Assembly (NCBI GenBank): GCA_963706955.1
Contig: CAVPOC010000007.1
Location: forward strand, 42,261 to 106,260
From: an uncultured Verrucomicrobiae bacterium
GTDB taxonomy: Bacteria; Verrucomicrobiota; Verrucomicrobiia; Chthoniobacterales; Terrimicrobiaceae
DNA length: 64,000 nt
Direction: 5' to 3'
Of the stretch, positions 19,820-29,943 are shown one piece after another; the stretch's first letter is position 1; the number at the start of each line of letters is the position of its first letter. Both the position numbers and the translations under genes were made by a program. The notes under the pieces were generated by a model, which ran no database searches, was not told where the DNA came from, and was given only the letters and a program-made list of their open reading frames with translations.

Positions 19820-20780
19820 ATGAAATTATGTGCCGTATCGGAGAGTTTGGGGCACCTTGGATTTGAAGAGGCTGCCAAAGTTTCGGCGGAACTCGGACTA
19901 GCAGGCTTGGAGATCGGCACCGGTAACTGGAATGCCGGTCATCACGTCGATCTTGCAGGCATTGCTGGAAAGCGCTGATGAGAGACGAAAGTTCCTCTCG
20001 GTGTTTGAGCGGAACGGCTTGGCGCTCTCGGCGCTCAATTGCAATGGCAATCAGCTTCACCCCGTGGATGGTGAACGGCAAAGCAAGGTGGTTTACGACA
20101 CCCTGCGGGCTGCCGAACTGCTCGGAGTCAAGTCAGTTGTGCTGATGTCCGGCTTGCCAGCCGGCGGACCGAAGGATGTCAGACCGAACTGGGTCACTTG
20201 CGCATGGCACCGGGAGAACTTGGAAATTCTTGAGTGGCAATGGAACGAAAAGTTACTGCCTTACTGGAGCAAGCTGGCGGCGGCGGCTAAGGACGCCGGT
20301 GTGAGGCTTTGCATCGAACTCCACGGGCATCAACTCGTCTACAACGTTCCCACTTTGCTCAAACTGCGGAAAGAAGTGGGCGATATCGTCGGCACTAATT
20401 TGGACCCCAGCCATCTCTTTTGGATGGATGCCGATCCACTGGTCGCGATCGACGCACTCGGCGACGCCATTTACCACGTCCATGCAAAGGACACCTTCAT
20501 GAACAGGCCAGCTCTCGACCTGACGAGCCGCCTGGAGACCATCCCACACGAGAAGGTCAAGGAGCGCTCCTGGAGCTACATCACTCTTGGTTACGGGCAC
20601 GATGAAAAATGGTGGCGGGAGTTTTGCTATCGTCTTCGCCTGAATGGATATGATGGGTGGCTCTCCATCGAACACGAGGACATCGTGCTTTCGCGCATGG
20701 ATGGGATGCGAAAGTCAGTCGATCTTCTCAAGCGCACCATGATCGAGGAGAAGAGCGACTACGCGCTGCCCGAAAGCTAA
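19820..20780 (+). CDS. Sugar phosphate isomerase/epimerase (xylose-isomerase-like TIM barrel; IolI/inosose-isomerase-like), with an apparent 1-nt frameshift near 19952-19956
   Basis: The ATG at 19820 encodes MKLCAVSESLGHLGFEEAAKVSAELGLAGLEIGTGNWNAGHHVDL and then hits a stop. The family sequence continues in ORF 19932..20780 (LLESADERRKF...LNCNGNQLHP...CIELHG...HAKD...SIEHED). Confidence 0.75.
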
Positions 20781-20815
20781 AGCCGATACAAGAGACAGAG
20801 CGTCTCAACGCGCCC

Positions 20816-20872
20816 TGTAGCGGCGATGTCCTCATCGCCGAGGTCTCCGCCGGTGGGGACACCGCCGCTACA
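20816..20872. repeat. REPIN-like doublet (two inverted GTAG-headed REP units), locus A
   Basis: Left arm tgtagcggcgatgtcctcatcgccg, right arm cggtggggacaccgccgctaca. It lies between convergent genes (20780 and 20928). Confidence 0.7.
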
Positions 20873-20927
20873 ACAACAAAGCGACGTCTTTCGCAAAGGA
20901 TCTTGCGGCTGCTTTGCTCGGCAACGG

Positions 20928-21971
20928 TCAGCGGACCTCTTGCGGCAGGAGCGGCTGAAGCTTCTTGATGTCTTGGGCTGCGTCGCGATGACAGACCAGC
21001 ACGGCGTCGGGCGTCTCGATGACGATCAGGTTTTCGACACCGCAAAGGGCGATCAACCTGCCGTTGCTCAGCGCGATGTTATTCCGCGACCCCTGCTCGA
21101 TGACGCCGCCGCGCACCGTATTTCCCGCTTCATCGCGTCCCAAGTGATCGGGAAGAGCGGTCCAAGAGCCGACATCGTCCCAATCGAAGGCCGCTTTAAA
21201 AGCGAGCACTTCGGAGGCTTTTTCCATGATCGCGTAGTCGACGGAAATCTTAGGCAACTTGGCAAAGCGTTCCGCTAGATATTTGGTCGCGTCGCCCTGT
21301 GGGAAGTCGCGGATAAATTCGGCCAACGGAGGAGTAAGTCTCTCCGCTTCGCGCAGGAAGATCTCAGCTCGCCAAATAAACATTCCGGCGTTCCAAGCAT
21401 ATTCGCCGCTCCGATAGTACTTCTCGGCGGAAGCGAGATCCGGTTTCTCAACAAACCGAATCACTTTGTGAACCGAGTCGCTTCCCTCCCCAAGCTGGAG
21501 ATATCCGAAGCCGGTCGAAGGATACGTCGGGGGGATGGCGAAGGTGATCAAGGCATCTCGCTTCGCCGCCACCTCGGCCGCAGCGGTCAGTTGTTTTTGA
21601 AAGACGGGAGTGTTGTGAATGACGGCGTCGGCTGGAAGCAGAGTGCAAATCGCGTCCTTATCGCGCGCACGGGCAAAGCCAACCGCCAGCGCGCAGGCCG
21701 GTGCGGTGTCGCGCTTCTCTGGCTCTGCGACAATGTTCTCCGGGGGAAGAAAAGGAAGTTCCTTGCGAATGGAATCCACCTGCGTCGCATTGGTCAGAAT
21801 GAACACCTGATCCCACGGGACCAGGTTCTCGACTCTGCGAACAGTGGTTTCCAAGAGCGTCCGGTCGCTCAGCAGACGCAAAAGATGCTTGGGCGTTTTC
21901 GAACGGCTGAGCGGCCAAAAGCGTTCTCCGCTCCCGCCAGCGAGAATAAAGGTGAAGAGATGATTGGACAT
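20928..21971 (-). CDS. manC: Mannose-1-phosphate guanylyltransferase-like nucleotidyltransferase
   Basis: ORF 20928..22052. The ATG at 21971 gives MSNHLFTFILAGGSGERFWPLSR (GxGxRxxPLS motif). It is about 347 aa and lacks a PMI domain. Confidence 0.8.
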   Translation of the reverse strand: MSNHLFTFILAGGSGERFWPLSRSKTPKHLLRLLSDRTLLETTVRRVENLVPWDQVFILTNATQVDSIRKELPFLPPENIVAEPEKRDTAPACALAVGFARARDKDAICTLLPADAVIHNTPVFQKQLTAAAEVAAKRDALITFAIPPTYPSTGFGYLQLGEGSDSVHKVIRFVEKPDLASAEKYYRSGEYAWNAGMFIWRAEIFLREAERLTPPLAEFIRDFPQGDATKYLAERFAKLPKISVDYAIMEKASEVLAFKAAFDWDDVGSWTALPDHLGRDEAGNTVRGGVIEQGSRNNIALSNGRLIALCGVENLIVIETPDAVLVCHRDAAQDIKKLQPLLPQEVR

Positions 21972-22055
21972 GACTGTTGCAACTCCGCAAATGATGTTCG
22001 TAACGAAATGACAAAGCAAGACTTCGCTGGCCAGCGGTCTTGTGGATTGCAAAAT

Positions 22056-24645
22056 CTAGGCCGCAAGTGCGTCTCGGGCTCCGCGGAGAGCTTCGAGGCG
22101 AGCTGACCATGTTTCTAGCCGCTGGCGATGCTCGAAGACCACTTCTGGCGGCGCGTTCAGTGTGAAAGACGCCGAGCCCAGTTTCCGTTCGACCTTTTCG
22201 ATCTCAGCCTGCACCTTGCCCATTTCGCCCTCCAGCCGGCGACGCTCGGTTGAGGGATCAACCACTCCCTCGAGCGAAAGGTAAAGAATGCCGATGTCGG
22301 TGGGGCAAGCTGCTGCATGCGCCGGTCGTTGCTCGACCAAGGTAATCGACTCCGCATTCAAGAGCACCCCAAGCACGGCGACCTCGCTTTTCACCCAATC
22401 CTCGCTCGACTCGAGCAGCCAACGCAGCCGCTTACTCGAAGGCAAATTGAACGTGGCGCGGAGTGTGCGAGCCGTCACCACCGCGCGCGATAGCTCCACT
22501 GCTTTCGACTCCGCTCCGATACTTCTCGCGCCAGGCCACTGTGCAAATTGAATGGTCTCGGATCCGAAGCCCATCCCGTGCCACAGTTCTTCGGTGAGAA
22601 AAGGAGTGAACGGGTGGAGCAACAACAGAATGCGCTTGAGGGCGTAATCCATTGTCGCAAGTGTTCCAGCTTTGCGGACGGAATTATTTAAATCCGCCTT
22701 GGCAGCTTCGATAAACCAATCGCAGAATTGCGCCCAAACAAGATCGTAGAGAGCCTGCGCGATGTCGCTGAAGCGGTAATCCGCATATCCCGATTCGATG
22801 CGAGAGACCGTTGCCTCCAGTTTAAAGAGAAGGTCCTTGGCGAAGAGCGACAATTCGTGGCGAAACGGGTCGGCTTCCGGATCAACTGGCCCCTGGAGAA
22901 GCCGAAAGCGGCAGGCGTTCCACAGCTTGTTGCAAAAATTGCGTCCTTCGACGATCTGCTGCTCGTCGAAGCGGATGTCCTGACCTTGCGGTGCGATGCG
23001 CATCAGCCCGAACCGCAATCCGTCGGCCCCATATTTTGTAATCAAGTCCAGCGGGTCCGGCGAGTTGCCGAGGCTCTTGGACATCTTGCGCCCCTGCTTA
23101 TCACGTATTATTCCGGTGAAGGACACGTGATGAAAAGGGACTTCGCCCGTATACTCCAAAGCGGCCATGATCATCCGCGCCACCCAGAAGAAGATGATGT
23201 CCGGGCCAGTGACGAGCGCGCTCGTCGGATAGAACTTTTTGCGAGTAGGTTCGTCCATGGTCTCGTGCGCCCAGAGCCACGAAGAAAACCAAGTGTCGAG
23301 CACATCCGGATCCTGAATCCATCCCTCGCCAGGGGACTCAATCTGGCACTCCACGCATGTGGTCCCCCTCACCTTCCTTGTACCAGACGGGAATGCGGTG
23401 GCCCCACCAGAGCTGGCGTGAGATGCACCAATCCTGGATGTTCTCGAGCCAGTGATCGTAGACTTTCTCCCAGCGCTCCGGAAAAAATCGGATGGAGCCG
23501 TCACGCAGCGCGGCACGCGCTGGACCGGTCTGAGGATATTTTAAAAACCACTGCTCGGAGAGGCGCGGTTCTACGGGAACATCCGCGCGTTCGCTGAAAC
23601 CCACGTTATTCTCGTATGGTTCCTCGCGAACCAGAATTCCAAGCTCACGCAATTTTTCCACGGCCTCGACGCGCGCCTCAAAACGGTCGAGACCAGCAAA
23701 GTCTTCCCCCGCCAGCTCGTTCATCGTTCCGTCCGGATTCATGATATCGACGATCGGGAGCGCGTGGCGCAGGCCGATTTCGTAGTCCGTCTTGTCATGC
23801 GCGGGAGTCACCTTGAGGACACCGGTGCCAAACTCGAACTCTACCGCCTCGTCGCCGATGATCGGGAGCAGGGCCTGATTCTCGACAGGGAGTGGACGTC
23901 GAATCCTTCCTCCGATCAAGTGGGCATAGCGTTGGTCCCTCGGATTCACCGCGACAGCTGTGTCTCCCATGATCGTTTCCGGACGTGTCGTTGCAATCTC
24001 GAGAAACACACCCGGCGCTCCGACCACCTCGACTTTAAAATAATAGAGATAACCCTTCTGTGCCTTCGGAATCACCTCCTCATCGCTGAGTGCAGTTAAC
24101 GAGACGGGACACCAATTGACCATTCTCTTGCCGCGATAGATCAAGCCTTTCCGGTAGAGGTCTACAAACACCTCTTGAACTCGGCGCGCGTAGGCCTCGT
24201 CCATAGTAAAACGCTCTCGGCTCCAATCGCACGAACAGCCGAGTTTCTTCAGCTGTTCGATGATGATGCCGCCGTGCTTTTCCTTCCACTCCCACACCCG
24301 CCGAAGAAACTCCGCGCGTCCGAGATCATGTCGCGTTTTTTTTTCTTCCTTGCGAAGTTTCCGCTCTACCACCGTCTGCGTCGCAATGCCGGCGTGGTCG
24401 GTGCCCGGCAGCCAGAGGACCTCGTGTCCCGTCAGACGCGCCCGGCGTGCGAGAATGTCCTGGATAGCATTGTTGAGAACATGCCCGAGGGTGAGCACGC
24501 CAGTGACATTCGGGGGCGGAATGACAATTGAGTATGCGGGCTTAGTAGAGTAAGGATCAGCCACAAAATGACCCTGCTGCAACCACCAGGCATACCACTT
24601 TTCTTCAACGGTCTGGGGTTCGTAGGCTCTTGCAAGTTCGGACAT
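22056..24645 (-). CDS. valS: Valine--tRNA ligase, split into two overlapping ORFs by a 1-nt frame disruption in a C5/G5 run at 23364-23368
   Basis: N-terminal ORF 23338..24666 (start MSELARAYEPQTVEEKWY at 24645; PPPNVTGVLTLGH) and C-terminal ORF 22056..23516 (KMSKSLGN, C-terminal coiled coil). The sequence WYKEGEG/TTCVECQ is restored if gaggggga is read with one fewer G. Confidence 0.9.
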
Positions 24646-25849
24646 GAAGCGTTCGATTCTGCGCAAAAACGTCCTGCATTCAACCGGCTTCTATCGTAAA
24701 TTCAACTTGCAGGTGCCAGAATCCCGGTCAACTTGCAAGCGCGTGCGGAACGTCCTGATCATCTCCGTTTTGTTGTTTTGGGCGGCCTCGTCAGAGGCAA
24801 AATGGAATGTCGTCATTCACGATAGCAGGCGGTACGTGCCGATGGAGGATGTTGCCGCTTTCTACAAGATGAATATGCCGGCGACGAGTACGGATCGATT
24901 CCGACTCGAAGCTCCCGGGCGAAGCATCGAGGGCGCGGACAATGGTCGCAATGTTTACGTCAACGGCGTCAAATATGCGCTCTGTTTCCCGATCGTATCT
25001 CAAGGCGGTCAAACGCTCATTTCAGCGATGGACGTCGTCAAAATCATCGAACCGATTCTTCGTCCGCAGAAAATCAAGAATGCCGGCCCGGTCCGCACGG
25101 TGATTCTCGACGCCGGCCATGGAGGGATCGACAGCGGAGCCACCGGAGCGCTGGGAAGGGAAAAGGATGCGACACTTGACGTGGTCGTTCGCGCGAAAAA
25201 GCTTCTCCAGGAGAATGGCTATCAAGTGCGCTGCACGCGGCTAACTGATTTCCTGGTTCCCCTGGAGAAACGCGCACAATTCGCCAACCGCCATGCCAAC
25301 GCTATCTTCGTAAGCGTCCATTTCAACAAGAGCAATCGACGCGAGGCGACCGGTTTGGAAACTTACTGTCTCGCACCCCGCGGGGTTCCCTCGATGGATG
25401 AAGAGAATTTGAGTTACAGCGACTATGTCCAGCATCCTGGCCACGCGAACGATCCCGCCAATGTTGCCCTGGCCACCACTGTTCACGCGGCCCTGGTGCG
25501 CAATTTGGGTTTGACCGATCGTGGGGTGAAACGAGCGCGGTTTGTGGTCATCAAAAACGTCACCATTCCCGGCATTCTCATCGAAGGCGGGTTCATGAGC
25601 GGAACGCCGGATGCCCGACTTATTGCTACGCCCGAATACCGGCAACGCATCGCGCAATGCATCCTGGACGGCGTCAATCGGTACAAAGAAGCCCTTACCA
25701 ATCAGGCGCTAAAACCGTCTGCGGTCGTTGCTGCGACCGATCCGACGAGCGTGCCGAACCTCGACCGTGCGGTCGGTACGCAGACCGGAATGGAACCCTC
25801 GGTCGCACAAGCTCAGGACGCTCTCCAATCTTCTGGCAGCGGCAACTAA
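24644..25849 (+). CDS. N-acetylmuramoyl-L-alanine amidase (Amidase_3 family)
   Basis: VILDAGHGGIDSGA, REKDATLDV, SVHFN and TGLETY motifs. The annotated ATG overlaps the valS start. A GTG at 24743 immediately precedes the hydrophobic signal segment and is an alternative start. Confidence 0.85.
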   Translation: MKRSILRKNVLHSTGFYRKFNLQVPESRSTCKRVRNVLIISVLLFWAASSEAKWNVVIHDSRRYVPMEDVAAFYKMNMPATSTDRFRLEAPGRSIEGADNGRNVYVNGVKYALCFPIVSQGGQTLISAMDVVKIIEPILRPQKIKNAGPVRTVILDAGHGGIDSGATGALGREKDATLDVVVRAKKLLQENGYQVRCTRLTDFLVPLEKRAQFANRHANAIFVSVHFNKSNRREATGLETYCLAPRGVPSMDEENLSYSDYVQHPGHANDPANVALATTVHAALVRNLGLTDRGVKRARFVVIKNVTIPGILIEGGFMSGTPDARLIATPEYRQRIAQCILDGVNRYKEALTNQALKPSAVVAATDPTSVPNLDRAVGTQTGMEPSVAQAQDALQSSGSGN

Positions 25850-25984
25850 GATCGATCTGCTGAAAGTTCTGCAGAGGATCGTTCGGCCAGATCTTCATCG
25901 TCCTCGTCTGATGCCCTAGAGGGTCGGCGGCGGCTTGCGATTGGAAGCGAGGTTCCTTACGCTGCACGATCGCACTAGATTTCC

Positions 25985-26815
25985 ATGGACACCGACGCTC
26001 CTTCCGACCCGAGTCTTGATCCCATTGGCGTATTCGATTCGGGAATCGGCGGACTGACGGTGGCGGCGGCGCTGAAGAACCTGCTGCCCTCCGAAGCAAT
26101 TCTCTATATAGGCGACACCGCCCGCGTTCCCTATGGAGGCAAGAGCCGGCGAACCGTCGAGCGTTACAGCATTGAAATCGGAGGACTGCTCCTCGCAGAA
26201 CAAGCAAAGATCATCGTTGTCGCTTGCAATACTGCCTCCGCGCTGGCTGTGCCTCGCATGAAGGAACTCTTCAAGGTTCCCGTGCAAGGGGTCGTCACCC
26301 CTGGTGCTGAAGCCGCTCTACGCGCCACTCGCAACCGTCGCATCGGTGTGATCGGAACGCGCGCCACAATCGCCAGCGGAGCCTATGAACGCGCCATCCA
26401 CGCTCTCGATAGAAAAGCGAAGGTTTTCAGTGAGGCGTGCCCGCTTTTGGTGCCACTGATCGAAGAGGGAATGTTTGACGATCCGATCACCGATCAAGTA
26501 ATCGATCGCTATCTTAAATCTCTGCTCGCTGAGGACATCGATACCCTCGTCCTGGGTTGCACGCACTACCCGCTGGCACGCGAAGCGATCGCCAGGGTCG
26601 CGGGCGAAAAAATTCATCTGGTCGATTCGGCCGAGAATTGCGCCCTGGCGGTCAGGGATCTGCTCACGGAGCAGCGACTGGCCGCACCGGCCGAGCAATT
26701 GGGACGACTTGATGTGGCGCTGACCGATTCAACCGAGGGCTTTCTTCGCACTGCCGAGCGAGCCCTTGAGCTGGATATCGGCGACGTCGAGCTGCGCATG
26801 GTCCAGTCAGAATAA
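25985..26815 (+). CDS. murI: Glutamate racemase
   Basis: IGVFDSGIGGLTV, VVACNTAS and LGCTHYP motifs; 276 aa. Confidence 0.9.
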   Translation: MDTDAPSDPSLDPIGVFDSGIGGLTVAAALKNLLPSEAILYIGDTARVPYGGKSRRTVERYSIEIGGLLLAEQAKIIVVACNTASALAVPRMKELFKVPVQGVVTPGAEAALRATRNRRIGVIGTRATIASGAYERAIHALDRKAKVFSEACPLLVPLIEEGMFDDPITDQVIDRYLKSLLAEDIDTLVLGCTHYPLAREAIARVAGEKIHLVDSAENCALAVRDLLTEQRLAAPAEQLGRLDVALTDSTEGFLRTAERALELDIGDVELRMVQSE

Positions 26816-26896
26816 GGCTCGAAAGCACAGAAAATTCCCGGGTCGCCTGGGCGCTCGCTATGGACAACACGCGTTGGCGATGCCAAAATTCGGATC

Positions 26897-27988
26897 ATGG
26901 AAGCCAGTGTGGCCGAAAAGGACGTTGTGGATCGAGTCCTCGATGGGGAGAGAATTTCTCGAGATGACGCCCGGGCGCTCTACCAATTGCCCTTGCAGGA
27001 ACTCGGGGCGCTCGCTGACTTCCGCCGTTCCGCTGTCAAGGACAGCGCCTACGATGGTCGCGGTGCGGAGATTGTCACCTACATTGTTGATCGCAACATC
27101 AACTACACAAACGTTTGCAACGTCTACTGCAAATTCTGCGCCTTTTACAGAACCGAACGGGACGAGGATCATTACGTTCTCAGCATCGAGCAGATTGACC
27201 AGAAGCTCGATGAACTCGCGGCTGAGGGAGGTGTGCAGGTGCTTCTTCAGGGGGGCCACCATCCAAAATTGGGCATCGACTTCTATCTGGAGATGCTTTC
27301 GCACATCCGCGCGAAATATCCGCAAATCAACATTCATGGGTTCAGCCCTCCGGAGTTCAACCACTTTTCGCAGGTTTTTCGGATGCCCCTCCGTGAAGTG
27401 ATCGCTCGATTTCAGGAGGCTGGTTTAGGTTCGATCCCTGGCGGCGGTGGCGAGATCCTGGTGGACCGGGTCCGCGATCGAATCGCTCCTCTCAAGTGTA
27501 AGACCGATCAATGGCTGGAGGTGATGCGTATTGGCCATGAACTTGGCCTGCGCTCGAGCGCGACGATGATGTTCGGCCATGTCGAGAGTGTCGACGACCG
27601 AATCGAACACCTTCAGCGCCTGCGAGACACACAGGATGAAACCGGCGGCTTTACCGCCTTTATCTGCTGGACTTTCCAGCCCGAGAACACCCGATTGAAA
27701 GCCGAGACCGTTACATCCGCAGAGTATTTGCGGATGCAAGCTCTCTCGCGCATCTTTCTGGATAACTTCGAGAACGTGCAGAGTTCCTGGGTGACACAGG
27801 GACCGAAGATCGGCCAGATTGCGCTGAAGTTTGGAGCCAACGACTTCGGCAGCGTGATGATGGAGGAGAACGTAGTCTCAAGTGCTGGCACTACCTTCCG
27901 CCTCAATGCCGGAGATATCGAGCACCTTATTCGCGAGGCCGGTTATCAGCCGCATCGCCGCAGCACCTGGTATCAGCTGCTCAACTAG
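26897..27988 (+). CDS. Radical-SAM menaquinone biosynthesis enzyme of the futalosine pathway (MqnC/MqnE family)
   Basis: NINYTNVCNVYCKFCAFYR is a CxxxCxxC radical-SAM cluster. The 363-aa CofH/MqnC/MqnE-type architecture includes SIPGGGGEIL and MMFGH blocks. I cannot separate MqnC from MqnE by eye. Confidence 0.8.
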   Translation: MEASVAEKDVVDRVLDGERISRDDARALYQLPLQELGALADFRRSAVKDSAYDGRGAEIVTYIVDRNINYTNVCNVYCKFCAFYRTERDEDHYVLSIEQIDQKLDELAAEGGVQVLLQGGHHPKLGIDFYLEMLSHIRAKYPQINIHGFSPPEFNHFSQVFRMPLREVIARFQEAGLGSIPGGGGEILVDRVRDRIAPLKCKTDQWLEVMRIGHELGLRSSATMMFGHVESVDDRIEHLQRLRDTQDETGGFTAFICWTFQPENTRLKAETVTSAEYLRMQALSRIFLDNFENVQSSWVTQGPKIGQIALKFGANDFGSVMMEENVVSSAGTTFRLNAGDIEHLIREAGYQPHRRSTWYQLLN

Positions 27989-28032
27989 AGTGGTTCTCCT
28001 CGAAAACGTCCTAGTAAGTTGGACGGCTGTTG

Positions 28033-28150
28033 CTGTAGCGGCGGTGTCCCCACCGCCGAGGGAGCTATCAACGAGGCGCTCCAAAGGCCCTCGGCGATGG
28101 GGACATCGCCGCTACAGAGAGCCCTCGACGGTGGGGACACCGTCGCGACA
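28033..28150. repeat. REPIN-like cluster (inverted pair plus a third partial unit), locus B
   Basis: ctgtagcggcggtgtccccaccgccgagg at 28033-28061, its inverted partner cctcggcgatggggacatcgccgctacag at 28088-28116, and a third unit ctcgacggtggggacaccgtcgcgaca at 28124-28150. Confidence 0.7.
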
Positions 28151-28197
28151 CATGACGCGACCCTCTCCGCTCTCAAGCGTTACTCTCGGTGCATTGA

Positions 28198-29238
28198 ATG
28201 TCTGAGCCCGGACGAAAGACCATCTCTCAGCTCCGCGCCGAAGCGAGAAATGGCGCCCTGGTGGCGCGGATTCATGCCCAAATCGAAGAGATTGTGCGCA
28301 AGGATGCGAGCAATGGAAAACCGTTCTGGGAGGTGCGAATCCGCGATGCTGCGGATTCCATGACCCTGAAAGCTTGGAGCGACTCTCCAAATTTCAGCAC
28401 CTGCGAAGGACTCGAACGCGGCATGCCCGTGGCCATTGAGGGCGAATTTTCTGTGGGAATCTTCGGTCTGGATGCGAAAAGATGGTCAGTTCTGGCGCTC
28501 CCTGAAAATGAGGCCCAGGAACTACTCCAGGGTGACGAGACCGAGCGGGCGGCAGCTCAAGCCGAGTTCGATTTGATCCAGCAGAAGCTCAACAGTGTGA
28601 CGGATCCCAGGCTGCGCGCGCTAACGGAAGCTTTCCTGGCGGAGTTCGGCTCGCGCTTTCGTCGCGCTGCCGCGGCACGCCGCAACCATCATGCCTTTCG
28701 GGGCGGTCTCCTTCGGCATACGGCGCAGATGATGAGGTGCGCCGATGCCATTTGCGCAGCCTACCCCACTCTTAATCGTGACCTATTGATCGCCGGTGTT
28801 CTGGTTCACGACTGCGGTAAGCTCTGGGAAATGTGCCCGTCGGAAACGAGTTTCGAAATCCCGCGAGATCTTCGTGGCGAGCTCCTCGGACACATCAGCA
28901 TAGGCATCGAGGTCGTTAACGCGCTTTGGCGCAAGCTCCCGCTGGAGAACTGGAAAGATCTGACGCCACCTTCAGAGGAAGTTCGGCTTCACCTGCTCCA
29001 TCTGATCGCCGCCCACCATGGAGAACTTCAATTCGGCTCTCCGGTCGAGCCGAAGACGCCTGAAGCTATTGCTCTCCATTTCATAGACAACCTCGACGCG
29101 CGGCTGGAGATGATCTTTTCCTCTTACCGGCGGCTGGTTGAAGTCGCGCCGGGCGTTTTCGAGCGAGTTCGCGGGCTGAACGTTTCTCCGGTGCGAGCAC
29201 TTCCCGCCTCTGGTCCGCCGAAGGAGCAGCCCGGCTAG
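28198..29238 (+). CDS. OB-fold plus HD-domain phosphohydrolase (YhaM-like 3'-5' exoribonuclease family)
   Basis: 346-aa ORF. The N-terminus is OB-like. The HD region contains HHAFRGGLLRHT and LIAGVLVHDCGK, followed by LIAAHHG. Confidence 0.7.
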   Translation: MSEPGRKTISQLRAEARNGALVARIHAQIEEIVRKDASNGKPFWEVRIRDAADSMTLKAWSDSPNFSTCEGLERGMPVAIEGEFSVGIFGLDAKRWSVLALPENEAQELLQGDETERAAAQAEFDLIQQKLNSVTDPRLRALTEAFLAEFGSRFRRAAAARRNHHAFRGGLLRHTAQMMRCADAICAAYPTLNRDLLIAGVLVHDCGKLWEMCPSETSFEIPRDLRGELLGHISIGIEVVNALWRKLPLENWKDLTPPSEEVRLHLLHLIAAHHGELQFGSPVEPKTPEAIALHFIDNLDARLEMIFSSYRRLVEVAPGVFERVRGLNVSPVRALPASGPPKEQPG

Positions 29239-29939
29239 CCAGCTTTCCGATCCGCCATGGAAAGAAAACGCGCCGCCATTACGACCAATAGCGACACAGG
29301 GAGAAGCAAAACGCCCGCTCGGAAGGCAAGCAACCCGGCGCTGCCCGATAAAGCGCCCAGGAGATAGCACAGCCAGAGCCGGGCGGCACGGCCGGCTGTG
29401 CGGCTGTCCGCTCCGCTTTCCTCGCGGCTGATGACAGCCAAGGCCACCGACTTCGCTAGAGTATCAAGCACCCCCGTGATGTAGGTGCTTGGAAATGCCG
29501 AGCGGCCAACTTCGCGCAGCGTGGCATTCTGCAAACCCATGGCCAGAAGGGGCAGCGCCGCAAATCCAAAATAGGCCAAAGAGTTGCGCTCGGGAGAACC
29601 GTCCCGAGCGAAGAGCAAAGCGAACAGCGCGAGTAAGAGCGCCTCAATCAATAGAATCGATGCACAACGCCGATAAGTAGGAGCACGCAAGATCCAGAGA
29701 TAACCGGCGAAAAGCCCGACCAGAAAGAGAGGCACAGCGAAGAGATGCGGCAACCCTGTCCGCCAATCGCCATGACCAAAGGCAGCTCCAAGTGCGGCGC
29801 TATTGCCACTCATGTGCGAGACAAAAAGCCCACCGAGAGTCAAAACGCCAATCGCGTCAATGCATCCGCCAACGCCCGAGAGGAAAAAGGCCTCGGTGGC
29901 TGCGAACACCGGTGCATGGCTGCCTCTTGTCGCAGACAT
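29235..29939 (-). CDS. DUF1275 (YoaK-family) membrane protein
   Basis: The ORF extends to 30188 but that part overlaps the mlaD-like gene. The ATG at 29939 gives a roughly 234-aa polytopic protein (GGCIDAIGVLTLGGLFVSHMSGN is the typical DUF1275 motif). Confidence 0.7.
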   Translation of the reverse strand: MSATRGSHAPVFAATEAFFLSGVGGCIDAIGVLTLGGLFVSHMSGNSAALGAAFGHGDWRTGLPHLFAVPLFLVGLFAGYLWILRAPTYRRCASILLIEALLLALFALLFARDGSPERNSLAYFGFAALPLLAMGLQNATLREVGRSAFPSTYITGVLDTLAKSVALAVISREESGADSRTAGRAARLWLCYLLGALSGSAGLLAFRAGVLLLPVSLLVVMAARFLSMADRKAG

Positions 29940-29943
29940 CCGA

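Noticed and set aside
20826-21278. ORFs reading through REP units (also 27878..28084, 27985..28176 and 28019..28363), giving peptides such as GDTAATT, VGTPPLQQQ and RRWGHRRYR
   Set aside because: These peptides are just translations of the palindromic REP sequence in different frames. The ORFs overlap better-supported genes or intergenic repeats.
22728-23597. 289-aa plus-strand ORF
   Set aside because: It is antisense to valS and has no motif support.
22056-24666. valS (and carB 32805..36090) as true pseudogenes, as two-subunit enzymes, or as programmed frameshifts
   Set aside because: Both halves are collinear with single-chain orthologs and join within conserved blocks after a 1-nt correction in short homopolymers. 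There is no slippery heptamer or stimulatory structure. Essentiality makes inactivation unlikely. Sequencing error is favoured but unproven.
24643-24666. Overlap of the divergent valS and amidase ORF starts as a meaningful antisense arrangement
   Set aside because: It disappears when the better-supported starts are used (valS ATG at 24645, amidase possibly GTG at 24743). It is probably an artefact of longest-ORF calling.
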